Assembly (NCBI GenBank): GCA_963664435.2
Contig: CAXXKM010000003.1
Location: 128,001-192,000, forward strand
Reading direction: 5' to 3'
Source of the DNA: Longimicrobiales bacterium
GTDB taxonomy: Bacteria > Gemmatimonadota > Gemmatimonadetes > Longimicrobiales > Gaopeijiaceae
DNA: 64,000 bases
Below, one piece after another: positions 39,376 to 49,235 of the stretch. The notes below the pieces were generated by a model. The model did no database searches. It was not told where the DNA came from and worked only from the letters and a program-made list of their open reading frames with translations. A program made the position numbers and the translations under genes. Positions within the stretch are counted from its first letter, which is position 1. Each line of letters opens with the position of its first letter.

Positions 39376-40005
39376 TCAGCTACGGTCATCGTCCGGGCGC
39401 GCACCCGGAAGGCGGGTACGCCGCCACGCCACCAGAACGACCGCCGCTACTCCGATCGCGATGAGCAGCAGAAGCCGATTGGCGGCCGCGAACCACTCGG
39501 CGATGGCCTCCAGGTTCTCGCCGGCCATCGCGCCCAGCCAGACCAGTCCGCCGTACCACAGGGCGGAGGCGATGGTCACGGGAAGGGCGACGGAGGCGAA
39601 GGAAAGCCGGGCCACGCCGGCGAACGCGGGCACCACCGCCCTCAGGCCGGGGAGAAAACGGGCGAAGAAGATGGCCGAGGTGCCCCGTCGCCGGTAGAAG
39701 CGGCGCACGCGCGCGAGCTGCTCCGGCTGAAGCACCAGCCGGCCGAGCCGGCTGTCGAAGAACGGCGGGCCGAAACGGTATCCCGCTCCGTAGACCAGCA
39801 GCGCCCCGACGGCGTTGGCCAGCCAGGTCACCAGGAAGACCAGCGTCACTTCGGCCGGACCCCGCACGGCGAGGAATCCTCCCAGGAGAATGAAGGTGTC
39901 CGCGGGAACCGGAGGCACGATGTTTTCCAGAGCTGCCCCGGCCCCCAGCACCAGATAGGTGAGTCCGGCGGGGAGCGACGCGAGGAATGCGAGCGTCGCC
40001 TCTAT
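39376..40005 (-). CDS. DedA family membrane protein (probable ATA start; first canonical start 39951)
   Basis: LENIVPPVPAD, ARFLPGLR, AGVA. Confidence 0.85.
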   Translation of the reverse strand: MEATLAFLASLPAGLTYLVLGAGAALENIVPPVPADTFILLGGFLAVRGPAEVTLVFLVTWLANAVGALLVYGAGYRFGPPFFDSRLGRLVLQPEQLARVRRFYRRRGTSAIFFARFLPGLRAVVPAFAGVARLSFASVALPVTIASALWYGGLVWLGAMAGENLEAIAEWFAAANRLLLLIAIGVAAVVLVAWRRTRLPGARPDDDRS

Positions 40006-40481
40006 GTGTCCTCCTTGCCGATCAGCGCCACGGCATGCACGGCGATCCCGTCACCGGCGCCGATCCAGCCCATTCCTTCGTTCGTCTTGCCCTTGATCGA
40101 TACGGCTTCGCGCCCGGTGCCGAGCACCTCGCCGATGCGCGCGCGCATCCCTCCCGCATGGGGCCCGATGCGAGGCGTTTCGCAGATTACCGTAACGTCC
40201 ACGTTGATCACCCGCAGCCGCCGCTGCCGGAGGAGGGCGACCACCCGCCCGAGCAGATCCATCGAGTCGGCGTCGCGCCACCGAGGATCCCCCGGGGGAA
40301 AGTGGCTTCCGATGTCGCCTTCCGCAGCGGCCCCGAGCAGGGCGTCCGTGACGGCGTGGGCGACGGCGTCCCCGTCGGAATGGCCGGTCAGGCCCGGTGC
40401 CCCGGGAATCTCGACGCCGCCCAGCATCAGCTTCCGGTCGGGGTCGAAGCGGTGTGAGTCGTATCCCGTGCCCACTCTCAT
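40002..40481 (-). CDS. ispF: 2-C-methyl-D-erythritol 2,4-cyclodiphosphate synthase
   Basis: GYDSH, GHSDGD, DIGSHFP, KGKTNEGMG. Confidence 0.95.
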   Translation of the reverse strand: MRVGTGYDSHRFDPDRKLMLGGVEIPGAPGLTGHSDGDAVAHAVTDALLGAAAEGDIGSHFPPGDPRWRDADSMDLLGRVVALLRQRRLRVINVDVTVICETPRIGPHAGGMRARIGEVLGTGREAVSIKGKTNEGMGWIGAGDGIAVHAVALIGKEDT

Positions 40482-40512
40482 GGCGGGCTCCAGGAGGCGC
40501 GGAAAGGCTCGC

Positions 40513-41799
40513 TCAGGCGTGCCAGCGCCGGAAGGCGAGACATACGTTGTGCCCTCCGAAACCAAACGAGTTGGAGAGCGCCGCTTCGACAGGTCTCTCG
40601 ACCATGCCGTCGGTGGCGTAGTTGAGGTCGCACTCCGGGTCGGGGTGCTCGTAGTTGGTCGTAGGCGGGATCCTGCCCTCCCTGAGCACCATCAACGAGA
40701 TGACCGATTCGATCGCGCCGGCCGCGCCCAGCGTGTGCCCCGTCATGGACTTGGTGCTTCCCACGATGGCCGCCCGGGCCGCTTCTTCCCCCAGCACCGC
40801 CTTGATGGCGGCGGTCTCCACTTCGTCGTTGTAGGGAGTCGACGTGCCGTGCGCGTTGATGTAGCCGACTTCCTCCGGCGCGATTCCCCCGTCCTCCAGG
40901 GCAAGTCGCATGGCCTGCTGGGCTCCCGCGCCTCCGGGAACCGGCGCGGTGATGTGGTAGGCGTCCGCCGTGGCCCCGCACCCCGCGACCTCCCCCAGAA
41001 TGCGCGCTCCCCGCGCCTCGGCGGTGTCGAGCGATTCGAGAACCAGGCAGCCCGCGCCCTCTCCGATGACGAAGCCGTCTCGGGTGGCGTCGAAGGGGCG
41101 GCTCGCGGTCTCCGGGCTGTCGTTGCGTCTGGACATCGCCTTCATCGAGGAGAATCCGGCAATGGAGATGGGCACGATGGCGGCCTCCGCGCCCCCCGCC
41201 ACCATCACGTCGGCGTCCCCTCGCTGGATGACGCGAAGGGCGTCGCCGATGGCGTGCGCACCCGAGGAACACGCCGACACCGTGGAGTGGTTTGGACCCT
41301 GGGCTCCGTAGCGGATCGAAACCAGCCCCGATCCGATGTTGGGAATGAACATCGGCACGAAGAACGGGCTGATGCGGCGCGGCCCGGACTTCACCAGCTT
41401 GCGGACCTGGGTCTCATAGGTGTCGACGCCGCCGATTCCGCTGCCGATGATCACGCCGAAACGCTCCGGGCGTACACCGGGCGGGCAACCTTCCAGCCCG
41501 GCGGATGCCATGGCCTGGTCCGCGGCCACCATGGCGAACTGCGCGAAGCGGTCGTAGCGCCGGATCTCCCGCTTGTTCAGGTGCCCGGAGGGATCGAAGT
41601 CCCTGACCTCGCAGGCGATTCGGGTCGCGAAGCGATCGTCGACCTCGAAATGTGTGATCGGGCCTCCGGCGTTCGTGCCGGCCAGCAAAGCCGCCCAGGA
41701 CGACGGGGCGTCGTGGCCGAGGGGAGTGATCATCCCGATGCCCGTAATGACAACCCGCCGGCTTGCCCGGAGGGTACCGTTCTCCGAAGGGCCGCTCAT
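40513..41799 (-). CDS. fabF: Beta-ketoacyl-ACP synthase II
   Basis: RRVVITG, SACSSG, NAHGTST, KSMTGHTLG, NSFGFGGHN. Confidence 0.95.
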   Translation of the reverse strand: MSGPSENGTLRASRRVVITGIGMITPLGHDAPSSWAALLAGTNAGGPITHFEVDDRFATRIACEVRDFDPSGHLNKREIRRYDRFAQFAMVAADQAMASAGLEGCPPGVRPERFGVIIGSGIGGVDTYETQVRKLVKSGPRRISPFFVPMFIPNIGSGLVSIRYGAQGPNHSTVSACSSGAHAIGDALRVIQRGDADVMVAGGAEAAIVPISIAGFSSMKAMSRRNDSPETASRPFDATRDGFVIGEGAGCLVLESLDTAEARGARILGEVAGCGATADAYHITAPVPGGAGAQQAMRLALEDGGIAPEEVGYINAHGTSTPYNDEVETAAIKAVLGEEAARAAIVGSTKSMTGHTLGAAGAIESVISLMVLREGRIPPTTNYEHPDPECDLNYATDGMVERPVEAALSNSFGFGGHNVCLAFRRWHA

Positions 41800-41839
41800 G
41801 TGTCCTCGCGCCGTCCGGCGCCTCTCCCGCGCAGAGGAG

Positions 41840-42082
41840 TCAGGATCCGGCGGCCTTGCGGATGTAGCCGACCGCGTCGCCCACGGTGCGCATCTGCTCG
41901 GCGTCGGAGTCGGGAATGTCGATTCCGAACTCCTCTTCAAAGGCCATCACCAGTTCCACGGTGTCGAGTGAATCGGCCCCGAGATCCTCCATGAACGAAG
42001 CCTCGCTCGTGACCTGCTCCTCCTCGACACCGAGTTCAGTGACGATAATGTCCTTCACCCGGCCTTCGATGCTGTCCGCCAT
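41840..42082 (-). CDS. acpP: Acyl carrier protein
   Basis: [20 protein letters not shown]. Confidence 0.97.
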   Translation of the reverse strand: MADSIEGRVKDIIVTELGVEEEQVTSEASFMEDLGADSLDTVELVMAFEEEFGIDIPDSDAEQMRTVGDAVGYIRKAAGS

Positions 42083-42138
42083 CTCATTGCTCCTTCGTGA
42101 TGTTGCGGTCTCCCGCCATTAATGAGTGAACGATCGGG

Positions 42139-42879
42139 CTACATCGCCATGCCGCCGTCGACGGCCAGGACCTGACCGGTAATGTACCGGGCTTCCGGTC
42201 CAGCGAGAAACCGCGCGACGTCGGCAACGTCGGAAGGCTCCCCCAGCCGGCCCATCGGGATGCGCGTCCCCAGCTCCCGCGTGGTGCGGTCGTCGAGGTC
42301 GGCGGTCATGTCCGTTGCGATGTAGCCGGGAGCGATCGCGTTGCAGCGCACGCCCCGCTTGGCGAGCTCCCGGGCGACGCTCTTGGTGAGCCCCACGAGC
42401 CCTGCCTTGGATGCCCCGTAGTTGGTCTGACCGGCATTGCCCATCAGGCCGATTACGGAGCTGATGTTGACGATGGAGCCGGATCGGCGCTTCATCATCC
42501 CTCTGCATGCCGCACGGGTCATGTTGAAGGCCCCCGTGAGGTTGACCTTGATCACCGAATCCCAGTCCTCGTCCTTCATGCGCAGGAGAAGATTGTCCCG
42601 GGTGATGCCGGCGTTGTTGATCAGAATCGTGACGACCCCCTGGGCCTTCGCCACCGCGGCGACCGTGGCGCTGCACTGCCGCGGATCTCCGACATCGCAG
42701 AGGTAGCCGGCGTGACCGGAGCCCTCGAGTCGAGCCGCGGCGGAGGCCGCCCCGTCCTCGTCGATGTCCACGATGGCCACCCGGGCCCCGTCTGACGCGA
42801 GGACCTGCGCGATCGCGAGCCCGATGCCCCGCGATCCGCCGGTGACCAGGGCGGTCTGTCCGTCCAGTGCGCCGCTCAT
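42139..42879 (-). CDS. fabG: 3-oxoacyl-ACP reductase
   Basis: TGGSRGIG, NNAGITRD, NYGASK, VDGGM. Confidence 0.95.
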   Translation of the reverse strand: MSGALDGQTALVTGGSRGIGLAIAQVLASDGARVAIVDIDEDGAASAAARLEGSGHAGYLCDVGDPRQCSATVAAVAKAQGVVTILINNAGITRDNLLLRMKDEDWDSVIKVNLTGAFNMTRAACRGMMKRRSGSIVNISSVIGLMGNAGQTNYGASKAGLVGLTKSVARELAKRGVRCNAIAPGYIATDMTADLDDRTTRELGTRIPMGRLGEPSDVADVARFLAGPEARYITGQVLAVDGGMAM

Positions 42880-43826
42880 GATCCGCTCCCTGCCGCCACC
42901 GGATCGGGAAACAGCTTCCGGACGCCTTTCGCGGTGCCCACGCAGACGGCGCTGACGCCCCGGGCGTTGCGCCGGCTCAATCCGCACAGCACGGATCCGG
43001 GACCGATCTCGACGAACCGCTCCACACCGCTTTCGACCATGGCTCGCACCGATTGGGACCACAATACGGGGGAAGTGAGCTGCCGGACCAACAGCCGACG
43101 CGCGAGGCCGGGATCCCGGACGGCCCCGGCGGTCACGTTCGAAAAGACCGGAAACTCGGGCGGTCCGAAAGATAGGCTGCGGAAACACTTCCGCAAACCC
43201 TCCTCCGCCGCGGCCATCAGAGGCGAATGAAAGGCGCCGGACACGGCCAGCCGCAGGGCCCGCCGGGCGCCGGCTTCCCTGGCGCGCACCAGGACCTCGC
43301 CGATGGCCCCGGCATCCCCGCTCACCACGATCTGCGCGGGGGCGTTGAAGTTGGCCGGAACACAGACCAGCCCTTTCCCGGACACGCCTCGGCACACTTC
43401 GCGCACTTCGGATTCCCCCAGGCCCAGGATGGCCGCCATGGCCCCGGGGCGGGCGCGTCCGGCCTCCCGCATCAGCTCGCCCCTGCGCCGCACGGCGTGC
43501 ACGGCGTCCTCGAATCCGAGGGTGCCCGCGGCTGCGTGCGCGGAGAGTTCCCCAAGCGAGTGGCCCGCGGCGCAGTCGACGGGTCCCAGTCGCGGCCTCA
43601 GGACCGCGAGGGTTGCGAGAGAGTGGACCAGAATCGCGGGCTGTGCGTTGTGCGTCTGCAGCAGCTGGTCCTCGGGTCCTTCCCAGGCGAGGCGCGATAG
43701 CGGGAAACCGAGAATGTCGTCCGCTCGCTCGAAGACCCGTGCAGCTTCAGGATAGGAGGCTGCCAGGTCGCGTCCCATCCCGGGAAACTGCGACCCCTGT
43801 CCGGGGAAGAGGAGAGCCAGTGACAC
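42876..43826 (-). CDS. fabD: Malonyl-CoA:ACP transacylase
   Basis: FPGQGSQ, GHSLGE, SGAFHSPLM, EIGPG; GTG start. Confidence 0.93.
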   Translation of the reverse strand: MSLALLFPGQGSQFPGMGRDLAASYPEAARVFERADDILGFPLSRLAWEGPEDQLLQTHNAQPAILVHSLATLAVLRPRLGPVDCAAGHSLGELSAHAAAGTLGFEDAVHAVRRRGELMREAGRARPGAMAAILGLGESEVREVCRGVSGKGLVCVPANFNAPAQIVVSGDAGAIGEVLVRAREAGARRALRLAVSGAFHSPLMAAAEEGLRKCFRSLSFGPPEFPVFSNVTAGAVRDPGLARRLLVRQLTSPVLWSQSVRAMVESGVERFVEIGPGSVLCGLSRRNARGVSAVCVGTAKGVRKLFPDPVAAGSGS

Positions 43827-43852
43827 CGGATGACGATCGACGTTGGAGGCCG

Positions 43853-44845
43853 CTACACGCGAAGAGCGGTGGCGCCCCATGTCAGACCCGCCCCGAAGGC
43901 GACCAGCAGGACGTTGGATCCGGGCCCGATGCGCCCCTTCTCGAGCGCCTCGTCGAGCGCCACCGGAACGGTCGCGGAACTGATGTTCCCATAGCGATGG
44001 ACGTTGACGTACACCTTCTCCATGGGGACGCGCGCGTAGCGGGCGGTCGCCTCGATGATGCGGATGTTGGCCTGGTGGGGGATGAGCAGATCGACGTCGT
44101 CCGCCGTCCAGCCGGCTTGCCCGATCGCCAGGCGGGCCGACTTCGACATCGCGCGCACGGCGTTCTTGAAGACCTCCCGGCCCTCCATGAGGAGCAGGTG
44201 GGAGCGATCCGCGAGAACGGATTCGTCGAAGGGCCGGCGCGCCCCTCCGCCGGGTCTCTGAAGCAGGTCCGCGAGCTTCCCGTCGGACCGGATGTCGTTG
44301 GCGAGAATCCCCCGGTCGCCGGTTGCGGGACGGATCACGCTGGCGCCCGCTCCATCCCCGAACAGCACCGCGGTGGACCGGTCCTCCCAGTCCATGATCG
44401 ACGTCATCTTCTCGGTGGACACCACCAGGACCACCTCGCCCATGCGGCTGGCGATGTATCCCTCCGCCAGGGCCAGGATGTAGAGGTAGCCCGTGCAGGC
44501 CGCGGAGATGTCCATGGCAGCCGCCTTGTCGGCCCCCAGCCGGGCCTGAATGTCGCACGCGGTGGAAGGCAGCAGCCTGTCCGGCGTCGCGGTCGACACC
44601 AGCACCAGGTCCACGTCGCCGGCGCTTACGCCCGCCCGCTCGAGCGCCTGCTCCGCCGCGGCAACGCCCATGTCGCACACGGAGGTGCAGGGGCTTGCGA
44701 TGCGGCGCTCGTGGATGCCGGTGCGCTCCACGATCCACTGGTCGGTGGTGTCCACCATGCGGGTCCAGTCCTCGTTGGTGAGGACGCGATCCGGGAGATA
44801 CCGTCCCGTGCCGGCGACTTCGGTAATGGGCCGGGATGAGGTCAT
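43853..44845 (-). CDS. fabH: Beta-ketoacyl-ACP synthase III
   Basis: AACTG, FGDGAGA, PHQANIRI, YGN, FGAGLTWG. Confidence 0.95.
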   Translation of the reverse strand: MTSSRPITEVAGTGRYLPDRVLTNEDWTRMVDTTDQWIVERTGIHERRIASPCTSVCDMGVAAAEQALERAGVSAGDVDLVLVSTATPDRLLPSTACDIQARLGADKAAAMDISAACTGYLYILALAEGYIASRMGEVVLVVSTEKMTSIMDWEDRSTAVLFGDGAGASVIRPATGDRGILANDIRSDGKLADLLQRPGGGARRPFDESVLADRSHLLLMEGREVFKNAVRAMSKSARLAIGQAGWTADDVDLLIPHQANIRIIEATARYARVPMEKVYVNVHRYGNISSATVPVALDEALEKGRIGPGSNVLLVAFGAGLTWGATALRV

Positions 44846-45831
44846 GGGATGCGGGCCGCGGTTTCAGCCAGATAGCGGGCGACATGGCCGATCATCGATG
44901 TTCCTACGGCCTTGGCCGCCACCCCGATGGCCTTGCTGATGGCCTTGGGGGGCGATCTGCCGTGGCAGATGACGGACACCCCGTTCACTCCCAGGAGCGG
45001 CGCCCCCCCGTATTCGGCGTAGTCGAGGATCTCGATCGTGGAGCGGTCCAGCGGTATGCGGATGCGCTCCTGCTCCCGGTCCATCACCCGGATCACGAAC
45101 CCCGCGACGGACTCGTAGAACTTGAGAAGCACGTTGCCGGCGAATCCGTCGGTGACCAGGACGTCGCAACGGCCATGGATGATGTCGCGGCCTTCGACGT
45201 TGCCAATGAAGTTGAGGTCGCTCCGGCTGAGCAGCCGGTGGGCTTCGACCGTACGCTCGTCCCCCTTCTCCGGCTCGGAACCGATATTCAGCAGGCCGAT
45301 GCGGGGCTCCTGCCGTCCCATCAGATCCTGTGCATAGACGTGGCCGAGAAAGGCGAACTGCAGGAGGTGTTGGGGACGGCAGTCGACGTTGGCGCCGGCG
45401 TCCAGCATCAGCATGTGCGCCCGGCTGGTGGTGGGCATGAGTGTGCCTACGGCGGGCCGGTCCACTCCGGGCAGCCGCTTGAGCAGAAACACCGACGCCG
45501 CCATCACCGCACCCGTGGGTCCGGCGCTGACGAAGGCGTCCACCTGGCCCCTTCGGTGGAGCCCGATCCCGGTCACGAGGGACGAGCCGGGCTTGCGGCG
45601 CACGACGGCTGCGGGGGATTCGTTGGGGGAGACTTTCTCCGGTGCGTGGACGATCTCCAGCCGCCCGCCCTCGGAGGCGCCCTGCCGGGCAAGTTCCGCC
45701 GCGATCCGCGCGCGATCTCCCACGAGAACGACGGTGACGTCCCCGTTTCCGTGCTTCAGTGCGTGCAGCGCTCCCGCGACTTCGGTCGCGGGGGCGCCGT
45801 CGCTGCCCATGGAGTCGAGCGCGATTCTCAT
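44842..45831 (-). CDS. plsX: Phosphate acyltransferase PlsX
   Basis: ALDSMGSD, LDAGAN, GNVEGRD, DGFAGN, GGAPLLGVNG. Confidence 0.95.
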   Translation of the reverse strand: MRIALDSMGSDGAPATEVAGALHALKHGNGDVTVVLVGDRARIAAELARQGASEGGRLEIVHAPEKVSPNESPAAVVRRKPGSSLVTGIGLHRRGQVDAFVSAGPTGAVMAASVFLLKRLPGVDRPAVGTLMPTTSRAHMLMLDAGANVDCRPQHLLQFAFLGHVYAQDLMGRQEPRIGLLNIGSEPEKGDERTVEAHRLLSRSDLNFIGNVEGRDIIHGRCDVLVTDGFAGNVLLKFYESVAGFVIRVMDREQERIRIPLDRSTIEILDYAEYGGAPLLGVNGVSVICHGRSPPKAISKAIGVAAKAVGTSMIGHVARYLAETAARIP

Positions 45832-45856
45832 GGTGGACCGGTTGCCGCCGGCGTGG

Positions 45857-46039
45857 TCAGTCCAGCTCGACTTCGATGACCAGACGATCCCGGTAATAGC
45901 CGCAGGTGGGACACACGCGGTGCGGGATCTGCGGATCGTCGCAGCGCGGGCAGTTCCAGACCGCGACGGGTTCGGCTCGATGATGCGTGCGGCGCTTGCG
46001 CTGCCGCTGCTTGGAGGTACGACGCTTCGGGACGGCCAT
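45857..46039 (-). CDS. rpmF: 50S ribosomal protein L32 (Zn-ribbon form)
   Basis: MAVPKRRTSK, CPRC...HRVCPTCGYY. Confidence 0.97.
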   Translation of the reverse strand: MAVPKRRTSKQRQRKRRTHHRAEPVAVWNCPRCDDPQIPHRVCPTCGYYRDRLVIEVELD

Positions 46040-46051
46040 GGTTTCTTCGTT

Positions 46052-46564
46052 CTAGTGATTCGTGAGGGCCCGAAGCTTCTCCCATCGGGCATCGACATCC
46101 GGTGCGGTGCACTCGCACCGGGCCGTGTTGCGGTTTGAGCCGCACGCCGGACACAGTCCCCGGCAGTCGGGGTGACATTCGGCGTACATCGGCGCCGCGA
46201 GCGCGAATTCCTCCCGCAGCGGACCGGCGATGTCCAGTTCGGCCAGATGAGCAGGGAAAGTATGCACCTCCCCGTCATCCCCGCCGTCGAATTCATCGTC
46301 GGGGATGAAAACAAACCGGATCGGCAGCGCGAAGGTCTGCGCGACGGGCTCCAGACAGCGCCGGCACACCTGTGCCAGGGTGGTCGACATCCTTCCCTGG
46401 ACCATGACCTGGCCCGCGGCCATTGACCTCGCCGTCAGCGCCACGCGGACGGGCTCGGACAGTTCCGGACCCGGTCTCCCGAGGGCGAAATCGGCGGCCG
46501 GGCAAGCCGCTCGCAACTGGAGCGTACCCGTGCGTTCGAGCGCGTTCAAGTTCAAGTGCAGCAT
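46052..46564 (-). CDS. yceD: DUF177/YceD family protein
   Basis: CRRCLEP, CRGLCPACG, DARWEKL; directly upstream of rpmF. Confidence 0.88.
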   Translation of the reverse strand: MLHLNLNALERTGTLQLRAACPAADFALGRPGPELSEPVRVALTARSMAAGQVMVQGRMSTTLAQVCRRCLEPVAQTFALPIRFVFIPDDEFDGGDDGEVHTFPAHLAELDIAGPLREEFALAAPMYAECHPDCRGLCPACGSNRNTARCECTAPDVDARWEKLRALTNH

Positions 46565-46598
46565 AGCGTAAAAAGCTAGCGCCGCGCACGGCGCCGCG

Positions 46599-47027
46599 TC
46601 AACGCGATGCGACGCCCAGCCTCTCGTGGCGCGAAAAGAAGAAACCGATCTCGAGCGCGGCATTGGCATCCGAATCGGACCCGTGGACGGCATTGCGCTC
46701 CTTCGACTCCGCGTAGAGCGCGCGTACGGTGCCGGGCGCCGCCTCGGCGGGATCGGTGGCTCCGATGGCCTCGCGAAACCGGGGCACGGCGTTCTCGGCC
46801 TCGAGCACCAGGGGCACGATGGGGCCGGAGGTCATGAAGGCCACCAGGGAATCGAAGAAGGGCCGCTCCCGGTGCACCGAGTAGAAGGCGGCCGCCTGCG
46901 CCCGCGACAACCGCGTCATGCGAAGGCAGCGAATGCGGAAGCCCGCCCCTTCCAGATGGGCGAGGATGGCCCCCGTATTTCCCGAAGCGACCGCGTCGGG
47001 CTTGATGATGGCGAGCGTCAGGCTCAT
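46599..47027 (-). CDS. ndk: Nucleoside diphosphate kinase
   Basis: IIKPDAV, FMTSGP, GATDP, NAVHGSD. Confidence 0.96.
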   Translation of the reverse strand: MSLTLAIIKPDAVASGNTGAILAHLEGAGFRIRCLRMTRLSRAQAAAFYSVHRERPFFDSLVAFMTSGPIVPLVLEAENAVPRFREAIGATDPAEAAPGTVRALYAESKERNAVHGSDSDANAALEIGFFFSRHERLGVASR

Positions 47028-47908
47028 CGCAGGGCCTCCCGGGTGAGATGCACGATGTCGACCGGTCGTCGCGCGACCCCGATCCCATTCTCGCGAAACG
47101 CCCTGATCTTCTCCTCCGCGGTCCCGGAGGAACCGCTGATGATGGCGCCCGCATGCCCCATGCGGCGGCCCGGGGGCGCGGTCTGGCCGGCGATGAAGCC
47201 CACGATCGGCAAATCGAGACTGCGGCCGGCGAATTCGGCCGCCTCCTGTTCGTCCGTGCCCCCGATCTCGCCGATCATCACGACCGCCCGCGTCTCTCCG
47301 TCTTCGGCGAGGGCCTTCAGGCAGTCGATGAAGGTGGTGCCGATGATGGGGTCTCCCCCGATGCCGACGCAGGTGGTCTGGCCGATGCCGGCCCCGGTGA
47401 GCTGTCCGACCGCCTCGTAGGTGAGCGTGCCCGAGCGCGACACGACGCCCACCGGACCGGAGGTCACGATGTCACCGGAGATGATGCCGACCGTTGCCTT
47501 GCCGGGCGAAATCACCCCCGGGCAATTGGGTCCCAGCAACCGCACGCCGTGGTCGGCGACGAAGGCGTAGGCGCGCGTCATGTCGAGCACCGGGACGCCT
47601 TCGGTAATGCAGACGATGAACTCGACGCCCGATTCCGCGGCCTCCATGATCGCGCTCGCGGCGAAGGGGGGAGGCACGTAGATCACGGAGGCGTTCGCCC
47701 CCGATTTCCCGACCGCCTCGTTCATCGTGTCGAAGACGGGCACGCACGCGCCTCCCGGACCCTGGACCACCCGGCCCCCCTTCCCCGGCGTGACCCCCGC
47801 GACCACGCGCGTCCCGTATTCGATCATCCTGCCGGTGTGGAAGGATCCGTCGCGGCCGGTGATGCCCTGGACCACCACGCGCGTGGATTCGTCAACGAAG
47901 ATCGACAT
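47024..47908 (-). CDS. sucD: Succinyl-CoA synthetase alpha subunit
   Basis: [26 protein letters not shown]. Confidence 0.96.
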   Translation of the reverse strand: MSIFVDESTRVVVQGITGRDGSFHTGRMIEYGTRVVAGVTPGKGGRVVQGPGGACVPVFDTMNEAVGKSGANASVIYVPPPFAASAIMEAAESGVEFIVCITEGVPVLDMTRAYAFVADHGVRLLGPNCPGVISPGKATVGIISGDIVTSGPVGVVSRSGTLTYEAVGQLTGAGIGQTTCVGIGGDPIIGTTFIDCLKALAEDGETRAVVMIGEIGGTDEQEAAEFAGRSLDLPIVGFIAGQTAPPGRRMGHAGAIISGSSGTAEEKIRAFRENGIGVARRPVDIVHLTREALR

Positions 47909-47968
47909 GGAGCGGGACCGTTTGTTGTGGTAGGGAAGCCTGCGGGGGCTGCCGCCGGATGAGGAGCG

Positions 47969-49102
<1,134 letters not shown>

Positions 49103-49235
49103 TCGGTTTGCTCCGGGAGGCAGGAGGAAGCCATCGCGACGATCCGCCCGGCGAGGGCGCTTGCGGAAGGACGCCGGAAGGGGCGACCGGCCAAGTTACC
49201 CGGGCATCGGTTCACGATCAAGAATCCGCCTCGAC

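Noticed and set aside
40006..41994. 662-aa plus-strand ORF and many similar Arg/Pro/Gly-rich ORFs across the window
   Set aside because: High-GC shadow frames overlapping well-conserved genes
42876..46314. Apparent long fusions (fabD 669 aa, plsX 490 aa; likewise rpoN 785 aa, pyrG 784 aa, trpG 571 aa)
   Set aside because: The extra N-terminal parts overlap neighbouring genes in other frames; normal-length starts are present
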